A stretch of DNA of 62,599 nt, the filler included, from Catajapyx aquilonaris (Eukaryota): the NCBI GenBank assembly GCA_000934665.2. It is 2 parts of 2 records of this genome, joined end to end, with 100 filler letters (N's around TTAATTAATTAA, not from the genome) between each part and the next. Parts side by side here need not be neighbours in the genome. Positions count along the whole stretch, not along the records: positions 31,371 to 62,599 come from KZ539170.1; 1 more part is not named here. One strand, 5' to 3'. Numbering within the stretch: the stretch's first letter is position 1; each line of letters starts with the position of its first letter. This document shows positions 36,634 to 48,596 of this stretch, piece after piece. A program made the position numbers and the translations under genes. The notes below the pieces were generated by a model. The model had not been told where the DNA came from. It saw nothing but the letters and a program-made list of their open reading frames with translations, and made no database searches.

Positions 36634-37404
36634 ATAATAATACCTATATAAGAAGCCTCTCCATATTATGACAAAAAAAAAGGTTCCTCTGTACTCCCGG
36701 AACCCGGAAATCCCCTATATCCCTGTGTATAACCCCGAACCAGAAAAAATTTCGCATACAGGATAAGTTTTCACTCTATCATCCTAGGTCCACCCTCTAT
36801 AGTTTATACGATGATAGGCTAGCTATGATATCTTATGTTGCGGATACGGCATAAGACAGTTCCATGATGCCTGCGACCTTCCTTCCACACCTAAATAAGC
36901 CAAATAAGGTAGCTATATTATATAGAAGTAGCAACTCATATATTTGTTTGATTAAGAAATGGCAAGGTCGCTTGTTGTAATTATTTTGGGGCCTTGTGAT
37001 TTAGGTACGGTCACAACCTCATGGGGTTGCGGAGAAATATTGTCGTCAAGAAGTGATAATAAATAGCATGTGTGATGTGTTTATTCATATTATTTCGAAA
37101 CACCCTGTAGACACAGCTCCAGGAATTGAGTTTGTAGTGACACCCCGCGAATTGCTGCAAATTTATTCGGTGTCACGTATATAGTGCAGTACATTAATAA
37201 TTGATACACGGAATACACCCGACAATTCGAAAAGCCCGCCCGCCAAACATGGCCTCTCCGGAGGAAGATGTCCTGGTCCGTCTCCTTGCTTCTTCCTCCT
37301 TAATACTCTCTCATTCGGAAGACATGTCGGCCAACGTTGTCTACGTACGGTTCCTTCCTGGGTCGTGGCCGTCCGTCCGTCCGTCGTCTTCTCTTATTCC
37401 GTCG

Positions 37405-37525
37405 TGCGCTTCCGTGACGTCACCTGTCCGCCATATTGAACTTCCCGTACACTACGTCACGTGCCCTCCTCCTCCGCCATATTGGATTGCATACGTCACT
37501 AGGAGGTTGCCGCCGCCATCTTGCA
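37405..37525 (+). promoter_or_regulatory. CpG-rich promoter of ZNF2 with CRE and YY1/Pho-type motifs
   Basis: TGACGTCA at 37415-37422; TACGTCAC at 37453 and 37491; CCGCCATNTT at 37428, 37474 and 37513; directly upstream of the ATG|GTGAGA first exon. Confidence 0.7.
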
Positions 37526-37668
37526 TTTCGAGAGGTGCGAGCAGCTGAAGGAAGGAGGAAGGCGCCCAGCTGCCGTTGCCCTTTGCGCTCTTTCTCGGGT
37601 CCAGCAAGTCGTCGTCGCCGCCTTCCCGCTCATCGCAGGGTGCGGGGACCGACACTCACACGACCTGC

Positions 37669-38891
37669 ATGGTGAGACACGGGCACCTGCGGAAAAAAAT
37701 AGGGTGTTCGAATATTGCACGGGGAAGTAGGTTAAGCGACGCCATATTGATATGCGGGAGGGGGAGGAGGAGGGAGGAGAGGGAGGAGGGGGAATTAAAA
37801 TGGCTGCCGGGAAAAGGGGGGGAATTTAAAAAAAAAAAAAAAAAGCACATTGCCTAATCACAACATTCCGCCTTGTTGTCGTTGTTTATCATCGCCATTG
37901 TAATAATATTTAAATGGAAAGTATTCTTTATAGCCAGATAGCCACAGTTCGTTTTGGCTTCTTTCTCAATAAACCTAACCTAAAGTAATAAGGCCATGTT
38001 GATGCTTTGGCAGGTTACTTGCCGCCACAGGAACTAGTTACCGTATGTGGGGGTCATTTTTTCTGCAAGCTTTTTGTGGTGTGTTGCCCCCGGATGTGTA
38101 GTTATTAATCGGGATAAAAAAAATTTGGTGGGAGTTGATACTTGCACCCTGGTCGGCTGACTAGAGGCGTCACTCAACAGGTGTTGTTACCAAGTGCAAT
38201 AGGAAGCGTCCCTAGCTTTATGAGTGTAGCTGTCGTACATGCCAGCGCTGTGATTAGGAAGAACACACTACCGGATGAGTCAACTTGATGCACTTAATAC
38301 AGTTGTCACTATTGTTGTTGTGGCTGAAACTTGTATTGTTGCCTTTTGAAAAAGTCAAGATGGCTGCAAAAGTATGTAATTATTTGTCTGAATAATTTTT
38401 GCTCAGGTAGATGGATAACTGAATCAGTGGGAAGTGGGTTACAATAAATTTCTCCGCCCTCAGGAGGAATGCTGCAAATTTAAAGTAAAGTAAATATTCA
38501 GAGAGTCGCTTCAGAAGTGAAGTTAATAGTGTGAAAAATTTTGCCGTCTAATTGTCCTAGTTTAGTACAAATTACAAATGCTGAATGTGCAAGAATGTGG
38601 TTACGTTTGTCTTTTACAACAGCTTAAACCACTGTTGCCAACTTGTACTTCCATTAATTACGATTTTGCGATTTTGCTTGACATAAATGGTTCACATAAC
38701 TTTTGACATTTCCTCGGTGCAACATGTAATATTTGCTTGTGCTGTACATTATGTAGCTGCAAGGGTCACCTTGAAAAGCTGCTAATGTGAGGTAGTTATT
38801 CTTCTGGCAGCAGGACATGTGTAAACTGTAAAGAAACCTTTTATTGCACAGAAAGCACTGCAAAACCCATAATTCACAACCCACTGTGACC

Positions 38892-38948
<57 letters not shown>

Positions 38949-41900
38949 GATACCACGTGATAGGCCTCCTTGGGCCTCTTAGCAGGGTAATCTTTTCGTG
39001 AACCGTCTTTAATCATTGCCTGCGCTGTGATGGTTGATAGTGGGAGGAAACGGGAGAACCCCGAGAAAACCCACGCAAACACGGAGAGAACCCATCAAAA
39101 CTCTATCCACATAAGTATCCTCTGTCCGACCCGGATATCGAACTCGGGACCTCAGAGGTGGTATGCTGCGGTGCTAACCACTATGCCACCGTGTCACCCC
39201 AACCCACTGTGACCACATATGCGCATTTATTTTGCGCGTGTTGTTATGAGAATGGTTGATGTATTTCCTTTTTCTTGGAACTAATTTTTCAGAAAAGATA
39301 CTAAGGAAACTAACTAACTAATCATATTTATGGCATTCATTTTTTTAAACAGAAAGGCTGACTACTTCTATTTTTCTGGATTATAAATCTGTACTTTTTA
39401 CCAGAAAATCGTTCAATATGAAATAGGGCACTCTCCAAATGCATGTATTCCACAGGCAGTAAATAAATTATGAGAATTCTGTGAAATACCAGGTGCTGCC
39501 AATAATAATTACTGGCGGTGTGGTTTTGTATGTCATGGTTTTTGACACTGCTTCTGTTCAGTTACATGAATGTACACTATGGTCATGTACGTACAAGGTA
39601 CTCCTATTAAAGCAGGGTTGTGAACCAAACCAAACCCTTGCTCCGTGAACCCGATAACATTGGAGCCACTCCGGAGCAGTAGAGCCGGGTCAGAGCGAGT
39701 GTCGGAGTTTGGTTTGGGTTCCAGCCGGTTCAGGAGCAGAGTGGAGCCAAGGTCGGAGCGGGTCCGGAGTTTGGTTGGGAGCTTCCCAGCTTGCTCCGGA
39801 GTTTGGTTCGGACCAATGGCTCCAGAGCTGAACCTAGTTCCGGAGCGGGTTCGGAGCGGTTTAGAGCTTGGTTAGGTACAACATACCAACGCAACGGGAG
39901 AAAGGCAGAAAAACCGCTGGATTTACTCCAGCGTATGCGTCATGTTTTCATGGTGGGAGAATGACATTTCCAAGCACCCGCGATACAGGGTGTACCGCAA
40001 ATGTCGCATTTTAATGTCATAAGCATTTTTTTACGTTGCAACATGTCATACTCATTTTTGTATGTCACACTATGTCATACCCATTTTTTGGATGTCACAT
40101 ACCAAGAGCTAATGGTCATACGCATTTGTTGTATGTCACATTTTATGTCATTTCTGTATGTTACGATATGTCATATTGTCAGTTCACTTTCTTAATAACC
40201 TTTCGCAATCATCCTGGGGGTGGTGATGGGTGGGTAGTCAGGAGGGGTTTGGGCAGGAGGGGAGGAAAAACCGGACATATAATCCTCGAGTATTATAGGT
40301 CCGGTTTTTCTTCTCCTCCCGCCCAAACCCCTCCTGACTACGCACCCTTCACCACCCCCTGGACGATTGTGAAAGGCTGTTACGAAAGTGAACAGACAAT
40401 ATGACATATTGTAACATACAAAAATGCTTATGACATAAAAATGTGACATTTGTGGTACACCCTGTATCGCGGGTGCTTGGAAATGTCATGCTCCCACCAT
40501 GAAAACATGATGCATACGCTGGAGTAAATTAAGAGATTTTTCTGCCCTTCCCCTGTTGCATTGGTATGTTGTACCTAACCAAGCTCTAAACCGCTCCGAA
40601 CCCGCTCTGGAACCGGGTTTAACTCTGGAGCCGTTGGCCCGAACCATGCTCCAGAGCAAACTGGCAAACTCCCAACCAAACTCCGGACCCGCTCCGACGT
40701 TGGCTCCACTCTGCTCCTGAACCGGCTCGAACCCGAACCAAACTCCGGCGCTCGCTCCGTACCCGACTCTACTGCTCCGGAGCGGCTCCAATGTTATCAG
40801 GTTCACGGAGCAAGGGTTCGGTTCGGTTCACAACCCCAGATTAAAGTATTCATTGTTAGGAATTTTTTGCACTTAGCTGCTTATTTTTATGCAGTTACTT
40901 TCACAAAATTACTTTTAGTGGCTATCAAAAGTGTTAGATGAGAAAATTAGGCCAATGGTATCGTCTATTCGAGCTCCGAATTGCAAGGGATTTCTAACAG
41001 TAATGGCCCATTGTTAAAATTGGCATCAAGCTCTGTTTACATGTGAGTGATTTATCAGCAATCTCATTGCTGAGCGATGAATCTAATTGTTCGTTGGGGG
41101 GAAAATCACGCTGATCGTGTCGGTGTTATCTGTGAGGCGTTGGAGTGATCGCACCAGTACTGACCGTCTTGTGGCCCTGCCAGGCACGGTACGTTGCCCG
41201 TGCGTGATAATTTTAGTTAATGCGGAGCATTAGCGGCGCTATGCACTTATTGTGAGTTTTGTATCCGCAACATTTACTGTCCGTTTTGTGGCGCCGCAGG
41301 CCAACGAACGTTATTGTGGCTTTGCCACACCCACATCACGCAACACCCACATCTACTCCGCCACAAGGCGGACAGTAATGCTGCGAACACACAACCTCCA
41401 AATTACGTTTAAAATTACCATGGATATTCATACACTCAACAATGGGAGTAAACTGTTTCAACAATGGAACACGTGTTTATTTTCACTTATTCATTGTTAT
41501 TACATGCAATTTCAAAATTCAATTACTCCTGAACCAAACATTTCCGCACACTAGGAATAGTGTCATTCGACTCAGCTCATCGAGTAGATTCGGGAAATAT
41601 ATAGAAAACTGCAAAGTTTTTGCGGACCTAAACTGCACCCTTACCAAGTCAAGTGTTTCCCAGGCGGGGTCATTTCGAGATTTGGGGACATTTTCTTGGC
41701 CACCTCGGTCGCCGGATTTGACCACCCCCGACATCTTGTGGAGTTTGCAATTCCTGAAGAGTTTGGTGTTCACCACACGTCATCAGTCATTGGGTGATCT
41801 TACGGCTCAGATAAGACACCATTAGAAACATTCCCCCTGGACATGCTGGAGTGCGTTATGAAGGGTTTCATCCGGAGGAATGTGTTGCCCGCAAAGGTGG

Positions 41901-44900
41901 ATATCTCTCCGGTGTTGTTGTCAAGAAGTGCCTTTTTTGGACCTTGATCCATAAATGGAATATCTTTCTCTGTGTAATGTAATTTTTTTTAAATATAATT
42001 GTTCGTTACTTACGCCATGCTGCATCATTTTTATCCACCCACGACTTTTGCCCCACCCTGTAGAAGTCTTCCACCAGCCATTTCCACGACCCTGTATGCT
42101 GGATTGCAACTCCTTGTCATCGTCAACCTTCTGCTTTGCAAGCCATTTCTTCCTGTCCGTGGGCAGGTGGTTATCGCTAGGCTCTAAATCCTGGGTGATC
42201 AAAAAAATTCTGGCCATGTCATATGGCTTATGCATGTGTTTCACTCAGTCAATCTTCTATTTCACAGGTTGGGCTGCCAGATACGAAGTACAAGATGGAT
42301 TTGGTTCGGTCTGAAATAGTGACGGAGAGAGTGGACTTCTCTGGAGATGAAATAACTTCAGTGGCGACAGATGTCTTGGAGGGGACACCTTTGTATACTG
42401 ACACCAAAGATGGAGGCCTAACTGAAATTACACTGACAGATGACCAGTTGAGCTCATGTGAGTCACTTGTGCCCCAAAATAAATATTGATTTATCCAATA
42501 GAGCTGAGGAAGAAGGCCTCTGTGAAGCGAATGTGTTTCAGGATTGATTTTGTTATTGTGGTCAATAATTTCAAGCGGAACTGACATTTTCATGTATGTT
42601 TTCTGAGTTGAGGGTGTGCAATTGGCGAATGTGGTTATTTTCACCTTTGAAGTGGCCCTCGGTTAGGAGAAATTTGTAAGGCTAAGGAATTTTTACTTCA
42701 ATTTATGCAGCAGTTATTATTGTAAATCATGCCCAATATTTAAAGTCACTTATTATTCACTAAAACTGATATTTTATGGGATCAATGATCAGTCCATGCT
42801 GGTTGCACAACCCTCCGATTCAGGTATTACAATTGACCAACATTATACTCTGTGCACGCTTAATTTAAATGACAGTTGGTGCATTACGTGTAATTTAAAA
42901 TTTGGGAATAATCTACTGTTTGGTGTAAAAATTGCAATAAAATTTTCCTTTCCTTCCAGTTCCCTCCTGTAGACATCTCAAAGCTGAAAAATGGCTTACA
43001 TGCATATTTCACATCCTTATCTTCCGAGTTCAAAAAAAGATATATATATATTTTTTTCCATAATTTATAATGTTACTTCCTTTGATAATGATATCCACTG
43101 TAAATTTTTACCCAATTGATCCTGGAACATCCTTTGCAACTAAAGTACATCTGAACATGTAATCAGCATCATATAGTATTGTTTCAGATGTAGGCGTACA
43201 GGATTGCATATCACAACAGGATATCAGTAACTGAGTTTAGTTTCAATTTAACAATATTATATTCTTCATGCCCTCTTGGATTTCAGCAGTTTCCTATTGG
43301 GTTCCATATTTAATCTGCTTAGAAGGGAATTTTCAGTGTATAACGAAGGCTGTACTAAAATGATTTACAATTAGTTTTTTTGCCACAAATACAGTGCCCA
43401 TACAGGTCGGATGATTATCGAGAGAATCCTCATGGAGCCGAATACACAGGAGTCATGGGTGTAAAACCTCTCTGTGCGTCCTCTCCTCGTCCCTCCTCTC
43501 TGACTCTTACTGCCTCCTCCCATCTCGATGTGGGAGAGCGAGGAGGACACTGTTGACAGTTGTTTACGTTGCTGATTGTGCACAGTAGTTGTCCGGTTGT
43601 GGGTGTGTTGCACCTCCAAAAAGTGGTTCTTGGAGGGCCTGGAGAGGTTGACACACCTGTGGTAGTAGTGCATTTGGCTCCAGGAGGATTCTATCTATGT
43701 GTGACTAGACTATCTGCTGATGTGTACTGGCACTGTATGTATGGCAGGCAAAAAAATAAATCGGAAATCATTTTAGTATGGCCCTCGCATTATAGCTACT
43801 TCTGACTTTGTAATGTGGAATGACATTCTTGCCCTCTTTCGAAATTGCTGCGGATATGTCGTAGGTGGGGATTTGCATTCCGAAGTCCATATTTTTTGTG
43901 TGCTTAAAAATAAATGGATCTAAGATTGTGCGTATTGTTCACATGATGTTGTGGCATTCTGGTGTAACTTGAAATGCATTGAATTGTTAATAATTCCATT
44001 TCAGGTAAGACTGAGCTGCACAGCTATGTGGAAATTGATGAAGATGAAGAGGACTTGAGCAAAGAGGAGCTTATCCCTTGTAATGACTTGATGACAAACA
44101 GCATAAATGAGGTGTGGATAAAGGAGGAGCAGATGGGGGACGACATGGAAGAAGAAGATGGAGAAATACAGGGTATTGCTGCAGAAAGCGACACACCTGA
44201 ATCCCGTCAGAAGATGGTTCTCTTCTTTTCTCCAAGTACTGATGTTGTTAGGACACCTCGCGGTTTCTCGGAGAAGAAAGTGAAGCTTCCCAGCAAACCC
44301 ACTGACAAGCCTGATGCTTCTAGTCTCCGCACTTATGTGTGCAAGTTCTGTCACGTTGGTTTTTCTGATGTGATGGCCTTATATCAGCATGCATTGAAAC
44401 ATGCAGGAAGCCAGCCCTTTCAATGCCAATCCTGCAAGATGCGGTTCACAACCAAGGCTGAACTTTGGATACATGAGGAGAGGCACGTACATACGAAACC
44501 TCTGCAGTGTCCACACTGTGATCATCTCAGCCACACTGAGGTCCAGCTGCAGAAACATCTGAAGCTACATTCACGACAGGTACCACCAGATGGCAGGGTT
44601 TTTATTAATATGGTGAAACTTGTGCATAGTGGAATCATGTAAATCTGCAAAAGAATTTTGTGATTGACAAAATTTTCAGCATATCAGGCATCACTGAACT
44701 AGTAAAATTAATTAAAGAGATGAAAATATTTTCTGAATTACTCCCACAATTCCATGTGCTTTTCAAAAGCTGAATTTGTCCAGCGTTGGACATGAATCGA
44801 GGCATGCTGCTAGTGACATTTTCCAAAGCGGCAGAAGAAGGAATCGAAGATGAGGATAGTGCAAGCCGGCCGAGCAAATTCCTTCTGCCGCTTCGGAAAA

Positions 44901-46623
44901 TGTCGCCAGCAGCATGCCTCGATTAATGTCCAACCCTTGGTCCAACCCTCTACCAACTTCTTGCCAGCACACCTCCCTCTCTAATTTTATGCCCCAATCC
45001 TGATTTGCTGAAGTTTTGAAACACTCTTTAATGCAGTGTTAATTCCTCTACACATAGGGTTTACCTTACTGCTCTGCATTTCCTCATTATAAAGATTCCT
45101 CCATATCAGAGAAAAACACCTTTTATGTGGGACCACAACGTTTTGTCCCCTTACATCCAGGGCCTTCTTAAGGCATGTGTTATTGTACTTCCAAGTATTT
45201 ATGTTCCATGTGTTATTTTGTTATTGCTGCACTCGTTTATGTATGGCATTCAATTATGAATGTCTTTAGTCTGATGTACTCTTAACAGAATATTCCCATA
45301 CAATATATCAATGCGAGTAGGGCCCGGGTTGCACCGGCTCCCGGAAAATACAGGGTGTTTACGACCTAACTTTACAAACTTCCAGGGGTAATAGAGGGGA
45401 CCAAGACAAACATTTTTGACATAGGAAACCGTGTCCGGAAACGCCATCTAGAGGGGGTTCATAGACGAGGAACGGGTGCGCTCAGACGCGTCATGCGAGA
45501 GGCGCAAGTCGAGCGGACTGTTTTGTTGATAGATGGCGCGCAGTTGTTGCCAGGTTATGGCATATCGCGTCGTTGTAAGTAAACAACAGCGCGATACGCC
45601 ATAACCTGGCAACAACAGAACCGCCTGGAACCGCTGCTGACTATCCGCGCGTCTCCTAGGGGGCGGACTTTAGTTGCTAGATGGCTCTGCTGTTGCCACG
45701 TTATGGCACATCGCATCGTTGGTTACTATCCGAGCGCCATCTATCAACAAAACAATCCGCTCACCTAGCACCTCTCGCGTGACGCGTCTGAGCGCACCCG
45801 TTCCTTGTCTATGAACCCCCTCTAGATGGCGTTTCCGGACACGGGTTCCTATGTCAAAAATGTTTGTCTTGGTCCCCTCTATCACCCCTAGAAGTTTGTA
45901 AAGTTAGGTCGTAATCACCCTGTATATCTGGCCGAAGAAGAGCCAGAATAGTTTGTTATTCATTGTTGACAGAACTGTTGACAACAATGAATAACAAACT
46001 CTCCGGGCTCTTCTGCGGCCAGATAAATTTTCCTGGAGCCGGTGCAACCCGGCATAGGTGGCAATGGGGTTCCAGACAAAAATGTGAAAATCCCAATTTA
46101 AAAAACAGCAACGCCATATTTCAAAATTAATGCAGAAAAATGCAACGGGACATGAGCACTGTTATCAATTTTGTCCCATTACATTCGACAATCTTTCCAA
46201 GATTAATGCAAATTTATGTATCCGCAGGCCCAGAAGCAAGGTCCCGCTAAAAAGGCCCAGAAATTAAAAGATAGCACTCCCAGCACTCCGCCGCCGAAAG
46301 CCAGTCTTTCAAAGGTGACGAAAGGTGGTGACAACCAGCGAGTGACGTCAAAGGCGCACTCAAAACCCCTTCTGAAGACACTTGCTGATTTCAAAAAGGA
46401 AAATCCATTTTCATGCGAGTATTGCCCGCGTGGGTTTAGGAGCGCTCTTGGTCTGGCTAGCCATCGGAAAGTGCACATTTACAAGAGGTACAAGTGCCAG
46501 TTCTGCGATATGCCTTGCTCGTCAGTGGAGTCACTCAAGTGTCACATTGCACAGAGGCACAGATCACATGCAAAGAGGATGAGCATCAGTAAAGAAGAGC
46601 CAACCTTGGAAGAGATGAATTGA
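37669..46623 (+). CDS. C2H2 zinc-finger protein 2 (~387 aa; acidic N-terminus, 3+2 fingers)
   Basis: join(37669..37671,42268..42457,44005..44579,46228..46623); phases 0/1/0, open throughout. Fingers: YVCKFC..HALKH, FQCQSC..HEERH, LQCPHC..HLKLH, FSCEYC..HRKVH, YKCQFC..HIAQRH. The ATG-only first coding exon is the least certain part. Confidence 0.8.
37924..37981 (+). mobile_element. 5'-truncated copy (3' tail only) of the 49330-49602 retroelement family or its partner LINE
   Basis: TAGCCAGATAGCCACAGTTCGTTTTGGCTTCTT...AATAAACCTAACC; AAAGTA on both sides (37918-37923 and 37982-37987). Confidence 0.7.
38893..39199 (-). mobile_element. tRNA-derived SINE family C with V-domain-like core and (ATT)n tail
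   Basis: A box TGGCATAGTGG, B box GAGTTCGATATCC; core GCGTGGGTTTTCTCGGGGTTCTCCCGTTTCCTCCCAC; 16-bp TSD CAACCCACTGTGACCA at 38877-38892 and 39200-39215. Confidence 0.9.
39613..40838. mobile_element. hAT-type palindromic MITE (7/8 TSD TATTAAAG/GATTAAAG)
   Basis: CAGGGTTGTGAACC / GGTTCACAACCC termini; ~370-bp arms rich in CGGAGC/GAACC repeats. Confidence 0.85.
39986..40464. mobile_element. Tc1/mariner-type palindromic MITE nested at the centre of the hAT MITE
   Basis: TA|CAGGGTGTACCGCAAATGTC ... GACATTTGTGGTACACCCTG|TA; ATGTCA subterminal repeats; centre CTCGAG at about 40285-40290. Confidence 0.85.
41415..42060 (+). mobile_element. Internally deleted Tc1/mariner-superfamily element (WPPRSPDL type)
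   Basis: FSWPPRSPDLTTPDILW..LKSLVF and IRNIP.DML...EECVARKGGYLS relics; right end TTTTGCCCCACCCTG|TA at 42060. Confidence 0.8.
42061..42215 (-). pseudogene. mariner transposase relic, same family as 17348-17615
   Basis: DLEPSDNHLPTDRKKWLAKQKVDDDKELQSSI; interrupted at a TA by the 41415-42060 element. Confidence 0.75.
43392..43735. mobile_element. Tc1-like MITE
   Basis: TA|CAGTGCCCATACA ... TGTACTGGCACTG|TA. Confidence 0.55.
44781..44950. mobile_element. Small Tc1-like palindromic MITE (relative at 47736-47897)
   Basis: Shared AATCGAGGCA...GCGGCAGAAGAAGGAATCGAAGAT...TTCTGCCGCTTCGG...TGCCTCGATTA. Confidence 0.75.
45321..46054. mobile_element. PIF/Harbinger MITE, TSD TAG, interrupted by a Tc1-like MITE
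   Basis: TAG|GGCCCGGGTTGCACCGGCTCC ... GGAGCCGGTGCAACCCGGCA|TAG. Confidence 0.8.
45351..45922. mobile_element. Tc1/mariner-type MITE with ~190-bp arms
   Basis: TA|CAGGGTGTTTACGACCTAACTTTACAAACTTC ... GAAGTTTGTAAAGTTAGGTCGTAATCACCCTG|TA. Confidence 0.9.
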
Positions 46624-47735
46624 GTGTGACCTGTTCTCAAGCTATCCTGGGAGATCCAATCATGAACATTGAAATATTTGCGTTAAAGAACAGATTCCAT
46701 CTGTTTGACACCAAAGTATTTACACTGCAAGAGTTATTTGTTTATATTTTTAAGTTGGCAGACTACAAGTTTGGAATTTGCACGTATCAGACTTTCATGT
46801 GATACATGGGGCAAATTTTTTTTTTCAATGCAGAGGATTCATGCAATGTGGATGCGAGTTGAGGTCAATATTTTAAAAATTAATAGTAAGTTATTTAAAT
46901 AGCTCTCAGGGATTTCTCAAAAAATGAGACTATGACATGAATGATACTTCCCTTTGGCATGCCTTCCACATCAGTCGAACAGTTCACATGTGCGGAGGGG
47001 TGAAAATTAATGGATAAGTACAAGTATCGCCGCCTGGAAGAGCTTTTCTTTTACGAGATGCAAAGGAAAAGCTCCGCCATGCAATGATGCTTGTGCTTAA
47101 CTGCTTATCCATTAATTTTCCACCAATGTACAAGAAAGACACCATTGCAAGTATTGACGGGAAGTGCTAGATTGCAATGTTGTCAATTTATTTTATCCTT
47201 ACTGTCCTTCAGACAAATGATGCCCATGATCTCTAATTTTGCTTTTTCAGGCAGGAGGCACGAAACTAAGAAAACAGACCTGGTCGGATTGTGCTTGTCA
47301 TTAACATTGTTGATTAGTTTCCTTATATCAAGCACAGCCTGATTGGATTTGTTTTGCTGGGTTCAGTGCTCCCTACTCTAAGTTACCACGGAACATTCAT
47401 TTTGTCCATTCCATCCTGGATAAAGGTCAATCTGTTTTATGGTTGTACGTAATTCTTGCAGATATTTGTCATGACTATAGAGTATTTTTGCATGAGGGTC
47501 GTACTACCAATTACATAGAGTCTACTAAATAACTGGTCATATAATCCTTTCATTCCTGAATAATATAGTAGTCCTGATTACTGGAAGACTTGCACATTGA
47601 GGCCATACTGTACGCTTCTGAGTTTTGATCCTGTGTGGGAGTGTTTACATTGTTAGGATAACTCCTGTAAGTCACACTAACGTAGATATACATGACTTTT
47701 TCTTGCTTATTTTACAAGATGTAATATTTCAAGTA

Positions 47736-47897
47736 CAGTGCTGGCCAATAATCGAGGCAACGACTAGCGACATTTTCCCGAAGCGGCAGAAGAAGGAATC
47801 GAAGATAAGCATGCTAGAAGCCGGGCGAGCAAGATTCCTTCTTCTGCCGCTTCGGGAAAATGTTGCTAGTCGTTGCCTCGATTATTGGCCAGTACTG
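47736..47897. mobile_element. Tc1-like palindromic MITE
   Basis: TA|CAGTGCTGGCCAATAATCGAGGCAACGACTAGC ... GCTAGTCGTTGCCTCGATTATTGGCCAGTACTG|TA. Confidence 0.85.
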
Positions 47898-48335
47898 TAC
47901 TTAGTGAGTCAATTTGATGTTTTTTTTTTGTGTGTATCCTTTGCGACTTATAGGCTAATGTCCAGCCTGTTAGAGAAATGCAATGCAACCAAGTGGTAAT
48001 TATGTGATCACTTATTTTGTGTGTTGCATGATGCATCAGCATTTCATGAATCATGCTGCTTGTTCCAAAATTCCCAAACTGAATTTGTCTTTGGTTTAAT
48101 CTACTTGATTTTATATTATATGGTTGAGAGATTAATATTTTTGTAATGTTCAGTGGTGATTTCATGTGTTTTTTTGATGAATTCTATCTGTGCTGTCATA
48201 ATATTATTATTGTTTCTGCCTATATGAAAATGTTAATTTTATCATGGTCAATATTAAACATTTACAAGAGGGTTTATCAACTTGACAAATGGTGTTCAAT
48301 TGCATAAAAATCAGGAGACGAAAAGGTCTCTGTTA

Positions 48336-48596
48336 ATTGAAGACCTCGGGAAAAAATCGATCAAGGTCCACTTTTTGTCAAAAATGAGTTGCATATCTCA
48401 GGAGATGAAGTCACTAGCGTAGAATATGATAGTTTGGTTGTGGTTGTGGAGTAATGACCATAGTCCACTATAGAAGGCCCCGAAAGGGGGATTTACAATG
48501 GGATCTTCTGATCCTTCGGAATTTGAAATAGGAATGTCTCAGTTTCGCATGAAAGGTGGACCATGATCGTTCTTCCCTAGAGGGACCTCTTCAAAT
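48336..48596. mobile_element. Degenerate MITE
   Basis: TTGAAGA...CGATCAAGGTCCAC mirrored by GTGGACCATGATCG...TCTTCAA. Confidence 0.5.
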
